NCBI GenBank assembly: GCA_000175855.1
Contig: ACYB01000035.1
Span: forward strand, 210,001-242,000
Length of the DNA: 32,000 nt
Source: Raphidiopsis brookii D9
GTDB lineage: Bacteria; Cyanobacteriota; Cyanobacteriia; Cyanobacteriales; Nostocaceae
Direction: 5' to 3'
Below the pieces are notes generated by a model. It had not been told where the DNA came from. It saw nothing but the letters and a program-made list of their open reading frames with translations, and ran no database searches. The position numbers and the translations under genes are program-made. This document shows, one piece after another, positions 20,115 through 30,225 of the stretch. The stretch's first letter is position 1, and each line of letters starts with the position of its first letter.

Positions 20115-20537
20115 AACCGCCAGATCTTCAACGTCCAGGTCGACAGGTATACCACTTCTAATCAGTTCCGAGAAATCTTCGTTAGGAATCATAACAGTGA
20201 GTATATAAAGACGAGTTTTACCCGTATTTCTAATCAGATGGATGCCCATTGGTGGTACTAATAAACTATCCCCAGCCTTGATATTTACTTTTTTACCATC
20301 ACAAATTGCCATACCCTCCCCCTTGAGAATGAAGAACATTTCTACGGCCCACTGATGGCGATTAGGTGGAGTTTGTCCACCAATATCAAAAATTTCCACA
20401 CAGCAAGTTAAAGAAGTATTAGCTGTGTTGGAATCAAAGATAATTGCTAACCGATTAGTATCATAAGGGCTAATGCGGTATGCTTGATAATCTTGAGGAG
20501 ACTTGATCACAGGAATAATACAACGATGACTAATCAT
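20100..20537 (-). CDS. Cupin-domain protein
   Basis: 145 aa ORF; NRHQWAVEMFFILKGEGMAICDGKKVNIKAGDSLLVPPMGIHLIRNTG cupin core. Confidence 0.85.
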   Translation of the reverse strand: MISHRCIIPVIKSPQDYQAYRISPYDTNRLAIIFDSNTANTSLTCCVEIFDIGGQTPPNRHQWAVEMFFILKGEGMAICDGKKVNIKAGDSLLVPPMGIHLIRNTGKTRLYILTVMIPNEDFSELIRSGIPVDLDVEDLAVLGRL

Positions 20538-20743
20538 ATAATTAATATTTTTTGCTTAATTTCGTTATAATCTTAACTAGCTTGATTTTATGGGACGCTA
20601 TCTAAAATGATTGCTAAATTTTTAACTACGAACCATAAATAATAGTAATTTAGGTGTTAGGGAATTAACTTTAAAAAAAGGTAAAATTCACAAAAAGGCA
20701 AAAATCATGAATTCTATTGTACGGAGATAATAACTAGTATTTT

Positions 20744-22205
20744 ATGACCATAACACTAGAAGAAATGCGTAAAAAGCTAAAACAGGTTTGGGGTTATGAA
20801 AATTTTCGTCCTCCTCAAGAAGAAATAGTCAGTAGTTTGCTATCACAAAAAGATGCTTTAATTATTATGCCTACGGGAGCGGGAAAATCTATTTGTTTTC
20901 AACTTCCAGCCCTTTTAAGTAATGGTTTAACTCTGGTAGTTTCACCATTAATTGCATTAATAGAAAATCAGGTTGAAGAGCTAAAACAAAGGAATCAAAA
21001 GGCAGATCTGCTGCACAGTGAATTACCTGCTAGTCAACGTTATAAGGTTTTAGAATCTATTAGTAAACAACAGTTGAGATTATTATACTTATCACCAGAA
21101 ACTCTCCTCAGTTCTGCTGTGTGGGAAAAAATCTCCCATCCCCACATAGGAATTACCTCCCTAATATTAGATGAAGCACATTGTTTGGTACAATGGGGAG
21201 AAACATTTAGACCAGTCTATCGTCGTTTAGCAGCTGTGCGTCCGTCCTTATTAAACACCAAACCGCCGGGAACAAAAATTAGTGTAGCAGCTTTCACAGC
21301 TACCGCTGACCCTAGTACACAAAACATTATTAAGGATGTTTTGCAATTACAACAACCTGACATTTATCGACTTAATCCCTATCGTCAAAATTTACAACCT
21401 ACTGTCAAAACTGTCTGGACACCAAAAGCAAGAAAACAGCAATTATTAAAGTTCCTTCAACTCCATCCCCATCAAACAGGATTGATTTATGTTAGAACTC
21501 GTAAAGACAGTGAAGAATTGGCTCAATGGTTAATGAATCTTGGCTATCATACAGCTAGTTACCATGGGGGTTTGAGTGGGGAAGAAAGACGAGCTATAGA
21601 AAAAAGTTGGTTGCATGGAAAAAAATCATTTGTTGTCTGTACTTGTGCTTTTGGTATGGGGATCAATAAAGCTGATGTTCGATGGATAGTCCATTTTCAT
21701 GCTCCCTATTTATTATCAGAATATGTTCAGGAAATTGGACGTGCAGGAAGAGATGGAATAGTTGCAGAAGTTTTAACTTTTATCAGTGAACCTAACCGGT
21801 TTTTTTGATGGGGAAGACCAAAGAAGAAAACTGTTTTTTCAGCAACAAATATTACAACAATACAAAAAAGCTCAAGAATTAATTAAGAAATTACCACTAC
21901 AGGGAGAAGTTAAGTCCGTAGTTAAAGAATTTCAACATGGTGCGACAGCACTGGCCATACTTCATAGCAGTGGAAGACTACTCTGGAATGACCCTTTTCA
22001 TTATCAGATTTTGGGTAGGGATATTCATCAGAGCAGGACATACTTTAATCCTGCTCAACAAATGGTTGAATATTTAAGAACTAAAAACTGTCGTTGGCAG
22101 TTTTTATTGCAGTCCTTTGGCTTTAATAAAGATAGAGAAAATTGGCGTTGTGGACACTGTGACAACTGTAGATTTAAATCAGGGGGTTTTCAGGGGATTT
22201 CTTGA
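20744..22205 (+). pseudogene. recQ: RecQ-like ATP-dependent DNA helicase, split by a frame change (20744..21808 and 21786..22205)
   Basis: ORF1 carries MPTGAGKSICFQLPALL, DEAHCLVQWGE, FTATAD, GMGINKADVRWIVH and EIGRAGRDG. ORF2, one frame later, carries the continuation TGFFDGEDQRRKLFF...CGHCDNCRF. The change lies near CCTAACCGGTTTTTTTGATGG. Confidence 0.8.
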
Positions 22206-22263
22206 TAATTGCCATCTGGAGTATAATGTTTGGCCATACTAACTTTAATTAACTTTGAATTTA

Positions 22264-24062
22264 ATGAGTTTAGACAAAATATATAAAACTGATGTTTTAG
22301 TTGTGGGTGGAGGAACTGGAGGAACCACTGCTGCTATTCAAGCAGCTCGTAGGGGATGTAAAACTATTCTGGTGAGTGAGTTTTCTTGGTTGGGAGGGAT
22401 GTTAACTAGTGCTGGTGTATGTGCGCCTGATGGTAATGAATTAAACTCCTTTCAAACAGGAATATGGGGAGATTTTATCCGCGAGTTACAAAAACGACAA
22501 TCAGGAGGACTAAATAACAGCTGGGTGAGCTTTTTTAGTTATCAACCCCAGGTGGGAGCGGGAATTTTTGCTGATTGGATAAAAGAACTACCTAATCTAC
22601 AATGGATTACCCACAGAATTCCCCTAGAAGTATTACGTCAGGGAGATCGCATTGTAGGTGTAAGTTTTGCAGATTGTACTATTTATGCCCAAATAATTCT
22701 GGATGGTACGGAATTAGGTGACGTTTTAGCTTTGGGAGAAGTGCCTTATCGTTGGGGTTGGGAATTGCAATCTGAATGGGGAGAAACTAGCGCCCCCAGC
22801 AGTTTTAACTCCCTCACAAAAACATACCCCATACAAGCACCAACATGGGTAGTAATAATGGAGGATTTTGGGGAGGTTCTTGCTCCGGAAATTCCTCCCG
22901 CACCCAATTATGACCCAGCTTTGTTTGCAGGAGCTTGGGAAAACTATGGAAAAGAAAAATTTTTAAACTATGGACGTTTGCCACAAAACTGGTTTATGAT
23001 TAATTGGCCGATTTGTGGTAATGACTACGGTCAAGGAACCAGTCGGTTGTTAGAGTCAAAAGCAAGGAATGAGTTCTATCAAGAGTGTTTTTGGCACAGT
23101 CAAAACTTCGCCCGTTACATTCAAACCAGTTTCGGTAGGCGTTATGGTCTGGCCCAGGGAGCTTTTCCTACTGTATCTCCAGCTTTTGCTCTTCACCCCT
23201 ATTTTCGTGAAGGTCGTCGCTTACAAGGGGTTACTACCATCTGTGAACAGGACCTTTTACCCCTCTCCAACGGTTCCGTAGCACCTCTTATGAAGGATAC
23301 GGTTGCTATTGGTAACTATGCCAATGATCATCACTACCCGGGTATAAAGTTCCCCCTACAACCTAAGTCTCTTCTCTGGGGAGGACGTTGGACCGGTACT
23401 CCTTTCACCATTCCATATTCCTCCCTAATCCCTAAATCTATAGATGGTTTACTGGTGTGTGAGAAAAATATTTCCGTCTCCCACATTGCTAACGGTGCAA
23501 CTAGACTTCAACCCGTAGTTATGGGCATAGGACAAGCTGCTGGTATGGCAGCAGCACTCTGTTGTGAGTTGAATTGTCAACCGAGGGATTTACCAGTCAA
23601 GACACTACAAATGGCTCTGTTAACTGATAAGCACTCACCCGCAGCAGTTATTCCCCTACTCAATTTATCCATGAATCATCCGGATTGGTTGAGGTGGCAA
23701 ATTGATATTCTAAATCACCCAGAAATCTATCCCCCAAGTGGTAATATTTTGACCTGTGGGGGGAACATACACCAGTCGACTTTCCATCATTTTTAGGTTT
23801 ATCAATTGATGAGCATAATCACTTAGACCATGATTGTTGGATAGGAATTTTTAATCGCATCGGTAAACAAGATTACGAGTTTACTGTCACAAATCCCCCG
23901 GACTTGTCTTTTTCAACCTGGAAAATTGTTACTTTGGAGTCATCTGTTAACCAACAGCTAGAAATTCTCAATCAAAATTCCAAGATTTGCATCAGAGGAC
24001 GTTTAAATTCTTCTGGTAACTGGATTCTTGCAGAACATATTACATATTCAGATAATATATGA
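22264..24062 (+). pseudogene. FAD-dependent oxidoreductase; main ORF ends at 23796 and an open tail continues in another frame to 24062
   Basis: Main ORF: VLVVGGGTGGTTAAIQAARRG (Rossmann), GGMLTSAGV, ILDGTELGDVLALGEVPY. My frame reading 23793..24062 gives LGLSIDEHNHLDHDCWIGIFNRIGKQDYEFTVTNPPDLSFSTWKIVTLESSVNQQLEILNQNSKICIRGRLNSSGNWILAEHITYSDNI*. Confidence 0.7.
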
Positions 24063-24115
24063 TTGAGCTTCTTGCAGTTAAATAAAGATTAAGTCAATAG
24101 ATTTCTTCAAGATTA

Positions 24116-24146
24116 TCCGGATTCATAGGTGATAGACAAGTAAAAG
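24116..24146 (+). promoter_or_regulatory. Candidate DIF+-like promoter element (TCCGGA) with TAAAAG 19 bp downstream, upstream of the patX candidate
   Basis: TCCGGA at 24116..24121; TAAAAG at 24141..24146; ATG of the small ORF at 24179. Confidence 0.5.
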
Positions 24147-24178
24147 CTAATCAGATAGTTCTAAAATAGACATCTACT

Positions 24179-24391
24179 ATGCGTGCTACCATTTCAATTC
24201 TAGTATCAAGTATGATACTCGGTTCCTTAGCTTTTAATCGCGAAACTCTGTTCACTAATCCCTCTCGGTTGTCAACCTCTAATTCGGGAACCGGTTTACT
24301 ATTTGCAGACAGTTCTAAACCTAGTCCTAATCGACCCGGGGAACCCGTAACCTACCGTGGTAGTGGACGCAAAGAGTCAATTAACCTCTAA
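24179..24391 (+). CDS. patX: PatX-like RGSGR-containing small protein (heterocyst patterning / HetR inhibitor candidate)
   Basis: 70 aa ORF: hydrophobic N-terminus MRATISILVSSMILGSLAF and C-terminal ...EPVTYRGSGRKESINL, containing the exact RGSGR pentapeptide of PatS/HetN/PatX proteins; near gifA-glnA. Confidence 0.8.
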   Translation: MRATISILVSSMILGSLAFNRETLFTNPSRLSTSNSGTGLLFADSSKPSPNRPGEPVTYRGSGRKESINL

Positions 24392-24545
24392 AACTACCAA
24401 AGGAAATTAACTGGTATCATGGTTGTTGACAGTAGACAGAACTCCAGCAACAAACAGAACACTTTCTGAACATCTTTTCCGGGTTTGACTTCTCCCTGGG
24501 TCGAAACACTGGGGAGGGTAAACCCACTTCCCTTGGTCTATTTTA

Positions 24546-25595
24546 TCAAAGAGGTTTGCAAGCAATTATATACTTACTTAAGAAGTGCACTTCGGTTCTG
24601 ATTTGATCAAAACCAGCTTTCTCTAGTCGTGCTACTAAATCATCAAGACTATAATTGATATAGTAAGGTTCATGAAATGTGCGAGGAAAGTTGTTAATAA
24701 TATCAACCAGGTCAGGAGAATCACTGATTTGAATGGAATCACAAATAATGAAAACTCCTCCTGGTTTAATAACTCGGAAACATTGTTCAATTACTGCTTG
24801 TCGCACTGCTGCTGGTAATTCATGAAACAGAAAAACACTAGTCACCCCATGGAAATAATTATCCAAGTAGGGTAGTTCTTCCGCATTGGCTTGGATAAGC
24901 TGGGGTAATTCAGTATAATTTTCAGCTAGAAGTTGATTGGCTTTGCGCAAGTAATTGGGCGATAGATCAACACCAAATAGAGATGCTTCCCGGATTGCTC
25001 CTCTCAGCAACTTTAAGGTTCTGCCAGTGCCACATCCTACATCTAAAATACGTACATGCTTGAGAGGGAAGAATTTTTTCAGTTGGTGCTTGAGAGGTGA
25101 TAGTATGCGACGTCTCATCCCATCCCCAGTCCCATTAAATAGGATTTCTACCTGCAGGTCATACAAGTTGGCAGAAAGGTCGCTTAAATAACCATCCGTT
25201 TGATGATGGAAGTTTTGTAAATAGTAGCTGGGATAGATCTTTTCCTCCTGTGGTTGGGAAAAATCTTGATATTGCTGACGCTCTGCTCTTTCCCATACTT
25301 GGAACATATCTACACACAGCGCAGGATAGTACAAACAGAAGTCTAACCAAGAATTGTCAAATAGTAAATCATAAGGATATACACCTTGTTGAGCATCTTG
25401 CCAATCCAACTCTAATAATCTGTTGAGTCTATCTTGTAAGTTGGCGATCGCCTGTTGAGAAATTGGTTGAGACTTGTTTGAATTAGGGTAAATATGGTTT
25501 TTAACTCGCGTACCCAGGAATTTATGAGCTAGACTAAAATAGCTTTTTCCCTGTTGGTAAGCTTGGTAGGTAAGTTTTGTAAAGTCGTTAAACAT
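24546..25595 (-). CDS. Class I SAM-dependent methyltransferase
   Basis: 349 aa ORF; VRILDVGCGTGRTLKLL, EELPYLDNYFHGVTSVFLFHELP, RVIKPGGVFIICDS. Confidence 0.88.
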   Translation of the reverse strand: MFNDFTKLTYQAYQQGKSYFSLAHKFLGTRVKNHIYPNSNKSQPISQQAIANLQDRLNRLLELDWQDAQQGVYPYDLLFDNSWLDFCLYYPALCVDMFQVWERAERQQYQDFSQPQEEKIYPSYYLQNFHHQTDGYLSDLSANLYDLQVEILFNGTGDGMRRRILSPLKHQLKKFFPLKHVRILDVGCGTGRTLKLLRGAIREASLFGVDLSPNYLRKANQLLAENYTELPQLIQANAEELPYLDNYFHGVTSVFLFHELPAAVRQAVIEQCFRVIKPGGVFIICDSIQISDSPDLVDIINNFPRTFHEPYYINYSLDDLVARLEKAGFDQIRTEVHFLSKYIIACKPL

Positions 25596-25720
25596 AACAA
25601 TATTTTAGCAACATTTAATTAGTATCCAGTATCACCTCATCTCTCCATCGTAACACAATATTGCCATTCCCACTTCTTCCAAACTCCCTATTGTAAATTT
25701 TTGTAACAAATTAGAATTTG

Positions 25721-25755
25721 GTAGTTTAAGTTACGGAATTCCCTGCTACTATAAA
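25721..25755 (+). promoter_or_regulatory. NtcA box overlapping the expected -35 region of the gifA promoter (repressor-type layout)
   Basis: GTA-GTTTAAGT-TAC at 25721..25734; TATAAA at 25750..25755; gifA ATG at 25806. Confidence 0.6.
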
Positions 25756-25805
25756 AAAGTGGGAAGAAAAAAACCATCCACATCAAAAAACAAGAGGATA
25801 AAAAT

Positions 25806-26006
25806 ATGTCTATCCAAGAAAAGTCCCGTGTGTTAATGGCCCGTCAACACCAACAAGTTAAAAACCGTCAACAATCAATGTTAATGCGTGCAGCCCAAGA
25901 GTTGGGACTACCCGAAGAAACTTGCCAATATTGGAGTCCCATTCAAGGGAAAGTAGATCCTACCACTCAAACTCTTTATAGCCCTAGTGGTGCGACCATG
26001 AGCTAA
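25806..26006 (+). CDS. gifA: Glutamine synthetase inactivating factor IF7-like
   Basis: 66 aa basic ORF MSIQEKSRVLMARQHQQVKNRQQSMLMRAAQELG...; resembles IF7, convergent with glnA. Confidence 0.82.
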   Translation: MSIQEKSRVLMARQHQQVKNRQQSMLMRAAQELGLPEETCQYWSPIQGKVDPTTQTLYSPSGATMS

Positions 26007-26019
26007 AGATTCCTAATCA

Positions 26020-26070
26020 CCTGGGCGTGCGTTAAGAATTGTCTTAATGGAGAACGCAGGGTAGGTTTTT
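26020..26070 (+). terminator. Possible gifA terminator
   Basis: GCGTTAAGA-ATTG-TCTTAA...AACGC stem (TTAAGA/TCTTAA at 26032..26047) followed by AGGGTAGGTTTTT 14 nt after the stop codon region. Confidence 0.35.
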
Positions 26071-26125
26071 GGTGTGTCGTTTTTAGACGGTACAAAGGAC
26101 GTTTCCGCATGCCTGAAAATATTAA

Positions 26126-26152
26126 GGAGTACACCGCAAACGGTTGTACTCC
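26126..26152. other. Strong inverted repeat/hairpin between the convergent gifA and glnA genes
   Basis: GGAGTACA-CCG-CAAA-CGG-T-TGTACTCC: 8 bp + 3 bp stem with a single bulged T and CAAA loop; no long T tract on either side. Confidence 0.6.
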
Positions 26153-26236
26153 TATTGTTGTCTGTATCTAGCTGTATGTAGCAGCAAAAGGTATGTTAGT
26201 GGAGTTGGGAGAAAGATTCCTAGAAGAAGATTGGCA

Positions 26237-27670
26237 TTAGCAATCGTAATAAAGGAAAAATTCGTAGGGGTGAGGACGTAACTGCAACTGCTTGACCTCA
26301 TTTGCTAGCTTGTAGTCAATCCAATTTTGGATGAAATCTTCTGAGAACACACCTGTTTCGGTTAGGAAAGCATGATCATTTTCCAGCGCTTCCAGAGCTA
26401 GTTCCAGAGAACCTGGAGTAGAAGGAATCTTAGCCAGTTCTTCTGGAGAAAGTTCATAGATGTTCTTATCCAAAGGTTCGCCAGGATGAATTTTATTCTT
26501 AATTCCGTCAATACCAGCACAAAGCATGGCAGCAAAAGCTAAGTAGGGATTAGAAGTAGCATCTGGGCAGCGGAATTCTAAACGTTTAGCTTTAGGATTG
26601 TCTCCACTTAAAGGAATACGTACAGAAGCAGAACGGTTACCTTGAGAATAAGCTAAGTTAACAGGTGCCTCGTAACCAGGAACAAGACGTTTGTAAGAGT
26701 TAGTAGTTGGATTTGTAATCGCTAGTAGAGCAGGAGCATGTTTAAGAATGCCACCGATATAGTAAAGACCCATATCACTCATACCTGCATATTTATCACC
26801 GGCAAATAAGGGCTTGCCATCTTTCCAAATAGACTGGTGACAGTGCATACCAGAGCCATTATCACCAAAAATGGGTTTAGGCATGAAGGTAACAGTCTTA
26901 CCGTACTTTCTAGCTACGTTTTTGATCACATACTTGTAAGTCATTAACCAGTCAGCAGCTTCTATTAACTTGCCAAAGCGGAAGCCAAGTTCGCACTGAC
27001 CACCTGTAGCCACCTCATGGTGTTGTTTTTCAATCGGGACACCACATTTAGCCATAGTCAACAACATTTCCGTGCGCATGTCGTGGAAGGTATCAGTGGG
27101 GGGCACGGGGAAATAACCTTCCTTAAACCGGGTTTTATAACCTAGGTTAGGACCATCAGCTTCCCCATTTTTACCCTTTCTACCAGTATTCCAACGACCT
27201 TCCACAGAATCTACATGATAGTAACCTTCATTAGCGGTTTGGTCATAACGCACATCATCAAAGATAAAGAATTCTGCTTCTGGACCAAAAAAGGCCGTAT
27301 CACCTATTCCCGTAGTTCCTAAATAATCTATAGCCTTTTGAGCAATCACCCGGGGACAGCGGTTATACCATTCACCCGTGCGGGGTTCTTTAATACTACA
27401 AATAATGCTGAGAGTCGGTTCCTTCATAAAGGGGTCAATCCAAGCTGTGCTGGCATCCAGCACCATGGTCATATCTGACTCTTCAATCCCTTTCCACCCT
27501 CTAATACTAGAGCCATCGAAAGGTACACCACTAGTGAAAGAACTTTCGTCAATTTGATTGTGGTAAACCGTTAGATGTTGCCAGGTTCCGGGTGTGTCTA
27601 TGAACTTGAGATCAATCATTTGAATGTTTTGATCCCGGATCATCTTTAACACTTCTTGTGGGGTTGTCAT
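26237..27670 (-). CDS. glnA: Glutamine synthetase type I
   Basis: 477 aa ORF; [62 protein letters not shown]. Confidence 0.98.
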   Translation of the reverse strand: MTTPQEVLKMIRDQNIQMIDLKFIDTPGTWQHLTVYHNQIDESSFTSGVPFDGSSIRGWKGIEESDMTMVLDASTAWIDPFMKEPTLSIICSIKEPRTGEWYNRCPRVIAQKAIDYLGTTGIGDTAFFGPEAEFFIFDDVRYDQTANEGYYHVDSVEGRWNTGRKGKNGEADGPNLGYKTRFKEGYFPVPPTDTFHDMRTEMLLTMAKCGVPIEKQHHEVATGGQCELGFRFGKLIEAADWLMTYKYVIKNVARKYGKTVTFMPKPIFGDNGSGMHCHQSIWKDGKPLFAGDKYAGMSDMGLYYIGGILKHAPALLAITNPTTNSYKRLVPGYEAPVNLAYSQGNRSASVRIPLSGDNPKAKRLEFRCPDATSNPYLAFAAMLCAGIDGIKNKIHPGEPLDKNIYELSPEELAKIPSTPGSLELALEALENDHAFLTETGVFSEDFIQNWIDYKLANEVKQLQLRPHPYEFFLYYDC

Positions 27671-27770
27671 TGTTACTCCTTCTGTAGCCAGTCTTTTAAT
27701 TTACACTAAGCTTTACCTAAGCACTTTAACTGCTGGGGGTTAATTTAGCTCATAATACACCATCTGAAAT

Positions 27771-27812
27771 ATCCTAAAGACTAGATCCCCACCAGGTTGT
27801 ATTGTTTGTTAC
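27771..27812 (-). promoter_or_regulatory. NtcA-activated class II-type promoter of glnA
   Basis: Minus strand: GTAACAAACAATAC (27812..27799), then 22 nt, then TAGGAT (27776..27771). Confidence 0.85.
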
Positions 27813-28028
27813 GATTGTTCAAGTTTTTGGGTTATGTTAAGTTTTTTAACACCATTTTTACAAGATAAGAAACTTTATATGACCAGGGTCAACTTTAACA
27901 TAGAATTCTTATGTAATGGATTATTTGATATTCCCCAGTCCTAAAGGGACGAAAAATATCAAATGAATGGAACCAACTTTAATATCTAATCATAGATAGT
28001 AACTATTAACTATTGGGAGAAACACAGA

Positions 28029-28538
28029 ATGCGCGATGCAGTTACAACTTTAATCAACAGTTATGACCTAGCTGGTAAGTATCTTGACAGAAATGCACTG
28101 GATAGCCTCAGGTCCTATTTTGACAGTGGCACATCCAGGGTTCAAGCTGCTACTGCTATTAATGCTAATGCTGCTGCTATTGTCAAACAAGCTGGGTCCA
28201 AATTATTTGAGGAATTACCAGAGTTAATTCGTCCAGGTGGCAATGCTTACACAACTCGTCGCTATGCTGCTTGCTTGCGCGATATGGACTATTATCTCCG
28301 TTATGCTACTTATGCACTGATTGCAGCCAATATGAACGTGTTAGATGAACGGGTGTTACAAGGTCTTAGAGAAACCTATAACTCCTTGGATGTACCCATA
28401 GGTTCTACCGTGCGTGGCATTCAAATTATGAAAGACCTAGCGAAAGAACAAGCTATAGCTGCTGGTGTGGCTAACGCTGCTTTTGTAGATGAACCTTTTG
28501 ATTACATCACCCGTGAGTTGAGTGAGCAGAACATTTAA
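28029..28538 (+). CDS. apcF: Allophycocyanin beta-18 subunit
   Basis: 169 aa ORF; NANAAAIVKQAGSKLFEELPELIRPGGNAYTTRRYAACLRDMDYYLRYATYAL and EEPFDYMTRELSE-like end. Confidence 0.9.
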   Translation: MRDAVTTLINSYDLAGKYLDRNALDSLRSYFDSGTSRVQAATAINANAAAIVKQAGSKLFEELPELIRPGGNAYTTRRYAACLRDMDYYLRYATYALIAANMNVLDERVLQGLRETYNSLDVPIGSTVRGIQIMKDLAKEQAIAAGVANAAFVDEPFDYITRELSEQNI

Positions 28539-28583
28539 TCAAGTTTAATTAGGATCTGGGAAGAGCTGGAGCTAGGTTAGGTC

Positions 28584-29957
28584 TTACTCCGCTAATTCCC
28601 TTTTGATTTTCCACCCCGGTTTCACCACCTGACGACTTCTAGCTATCACCAAAGCATCATTTTCCACATCTTCTGTAACCGTTGACCCTGCAGCAATATA
28701 TACATCACTGCCTATGGTGATTGGTGCTACTAAAACACTATTGGATCCAGTTTTGGTGCGATCGCCTATTCTAGTTCTGTGTTTTTTCACCCCATCATAA
28801 TTAGCAGTAATTGTTCCCGCACCAATATTCACCTGTGTGCCCGCACTCGTATCACCCAAATAAGAAAGATGGGCCACATTCGAGCGATCGCCTAATTGGG
28901 TATTTTTCAACTCCACAAAATTACCAATACGACAATTTTCCCCAGCTTCCACATGACCACGTAAGTGAGCGAAGGGTCCTATTTTTGTTCCTTGTTCTAC
29001 AAAACTATCTGTGATTACGGAATATAGAGCCGTAACATTTTCTCCTATTTGACTATTCTCGATTAAACTTCCAGGTCCAATGCGACTACCAGAGCCAATT
29101 AAAGTTTTTCCTCGCAGATGGGTTTGAGGTTCAATAATCACATCTGGTTCCATTTCCACAGTTTCATCAATAGTAACACTACTTGGGTCTGTGATGGTCA
29201 CCCCTGCTAGGAGCCATTTTTCCTTGATGCGTTGTTGCAAAAGCTGATAAGCATCAGCCAATTGTCGTCGGTCATTAATTCCCCAAATTTCCCGTTCATC
29301 ACTCACATCCACGGCCATCACCTTACCGACTTGAACCACCGCATCAGTGAGATAATATTCCTTTTGCACATTATTATTATCCAAATGGGGTAGTATGGTT
29401 GCTAGTTTTTGCCAATTAAAGCAATAAATACCGGCATTAACGCGATTATTTTTTCTTTGTATATGGGTACAATCTTTATGTTCAACCATTTGGTGCACTA
29501 TTTGATTATCATCGCAAAAAACTCTGCCATAACCATCCGGTTGAGCTAGATTAGCAGTCAGGATAGTACAAGCGTTGTCATGTTCCTGATGAGTTTGTAG
29601 TAACTGCTGTAAAGTTTCAGTTTTGAGTAGGGGAACATCACCATTTAAAATGAGCAAATTACCATCATAATCAGATAAATAAGGAAGCAGTTGTTGAATA
29701 GCATGACCAGTACCCAGTTGTACAGATTGCTCCACAAACTCCAAATCAGAATGTTTATCCGAATTTTTACTTAAAGCACCCTTAACCATTTGGGATTCAT
29801 ATCCAACAATCACAAACTTCCTAGTAGGTGCTAGAGGTTGAACACTGTCAATTACCCTTTCCACCAAAGACTTACCACCTAGAGGATGTAATACCTTAGG
29901 GAGCCGGGATTTCATTCTTGTACCTTTACCAGCTGCGAGAATTGCTACTGCTACCAT
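28584..29957 (-). CDS. glmU: Bifunctional N-acetylglucosamine-1-phosphate uridyltransferase / glucosamine-1-phosphate acetyltransferase
   Basis: 457 aa ORF; [37 protein letters not shown], left-handed beta-helix hexapeptides, [10 protein letters not shown]. Confidence 0.96.
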   Translation of the reverse strand: MVAVAILAAGKGTRMKSRLPKVLHPLGGKSLVERVIDSVQPLAPTRKFVIVGYESQMVKGALSKNSDKHSDLEFVEQSVQLGTGHAIQQLLPYLSDYDGNLLILNGDVPLLKTETLQQLLQTHQEHDNACTILTANLAQPDGYGRVFCDDNQIVHQMVEHKDCTHIQRKNNRVNAGIYCFNWQKLATILPHLDNNNVQKEYYLTDAVVQVGKVMAVDVSDEREIWGINDRRQLADAYQLLQQRIKEKWLLAGVTITDPSSVTIDETVEMEPDVIIEPQTHLRGKTLIGSGSRIGPGSLIENSQIGENVTALYSVITDSFVEQGTKIGPFAHLRGHVEAGENCRIGNFVELKNTQLGDRSNVAHLSYLGDTSAGTQVNIGAGTITANYDGVKKHRTRIGDRTKTGSNSVLVAPITIGSDVYIAAGSTVTEDVENDALVIARSRQVVKPGWKIKRELAE

Positions 29958-30225
29958 AACTAATTTCAGTAAATTTATTTAATAAACTAAAGCCAACCCA
30001 TCCAGGTGGCCAGGGCCATAATACTCACCAACTTCCGACGATTATATAACAAAGTTGCCAATAAGGGGGATTGTTCACAGAGGATGAAACAGCAGTTTTC
30101 AGCTGATCCCCAGGGGAATTTTCCAGGTTACCCCGTGTTTTTGGTGGTTTGACAGGAGTGGAAATACTGACTAAAATCTCAGGCATGGAGCGATCGCTCT
30201 TCTGTTTAGTCTAAACTCCAGCAAT

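Noticed and set aside
26020-26110. Possible glutamine riboswitch (glnA RNA motif) near gifA/glnA
   Set aside because: The position is 3' of gifA, and I could not match the conserved core; a hairpin/terminator reading fits better.
4050-30196. Scattered GCGATCGC octamers (for example near 4050, 4758, 8559, 10237, 25446, 28756, 28885, 30190)
   Set aside because: These are the well-known HIP1 sites typical of cyanobacteria, not a novel repeat.
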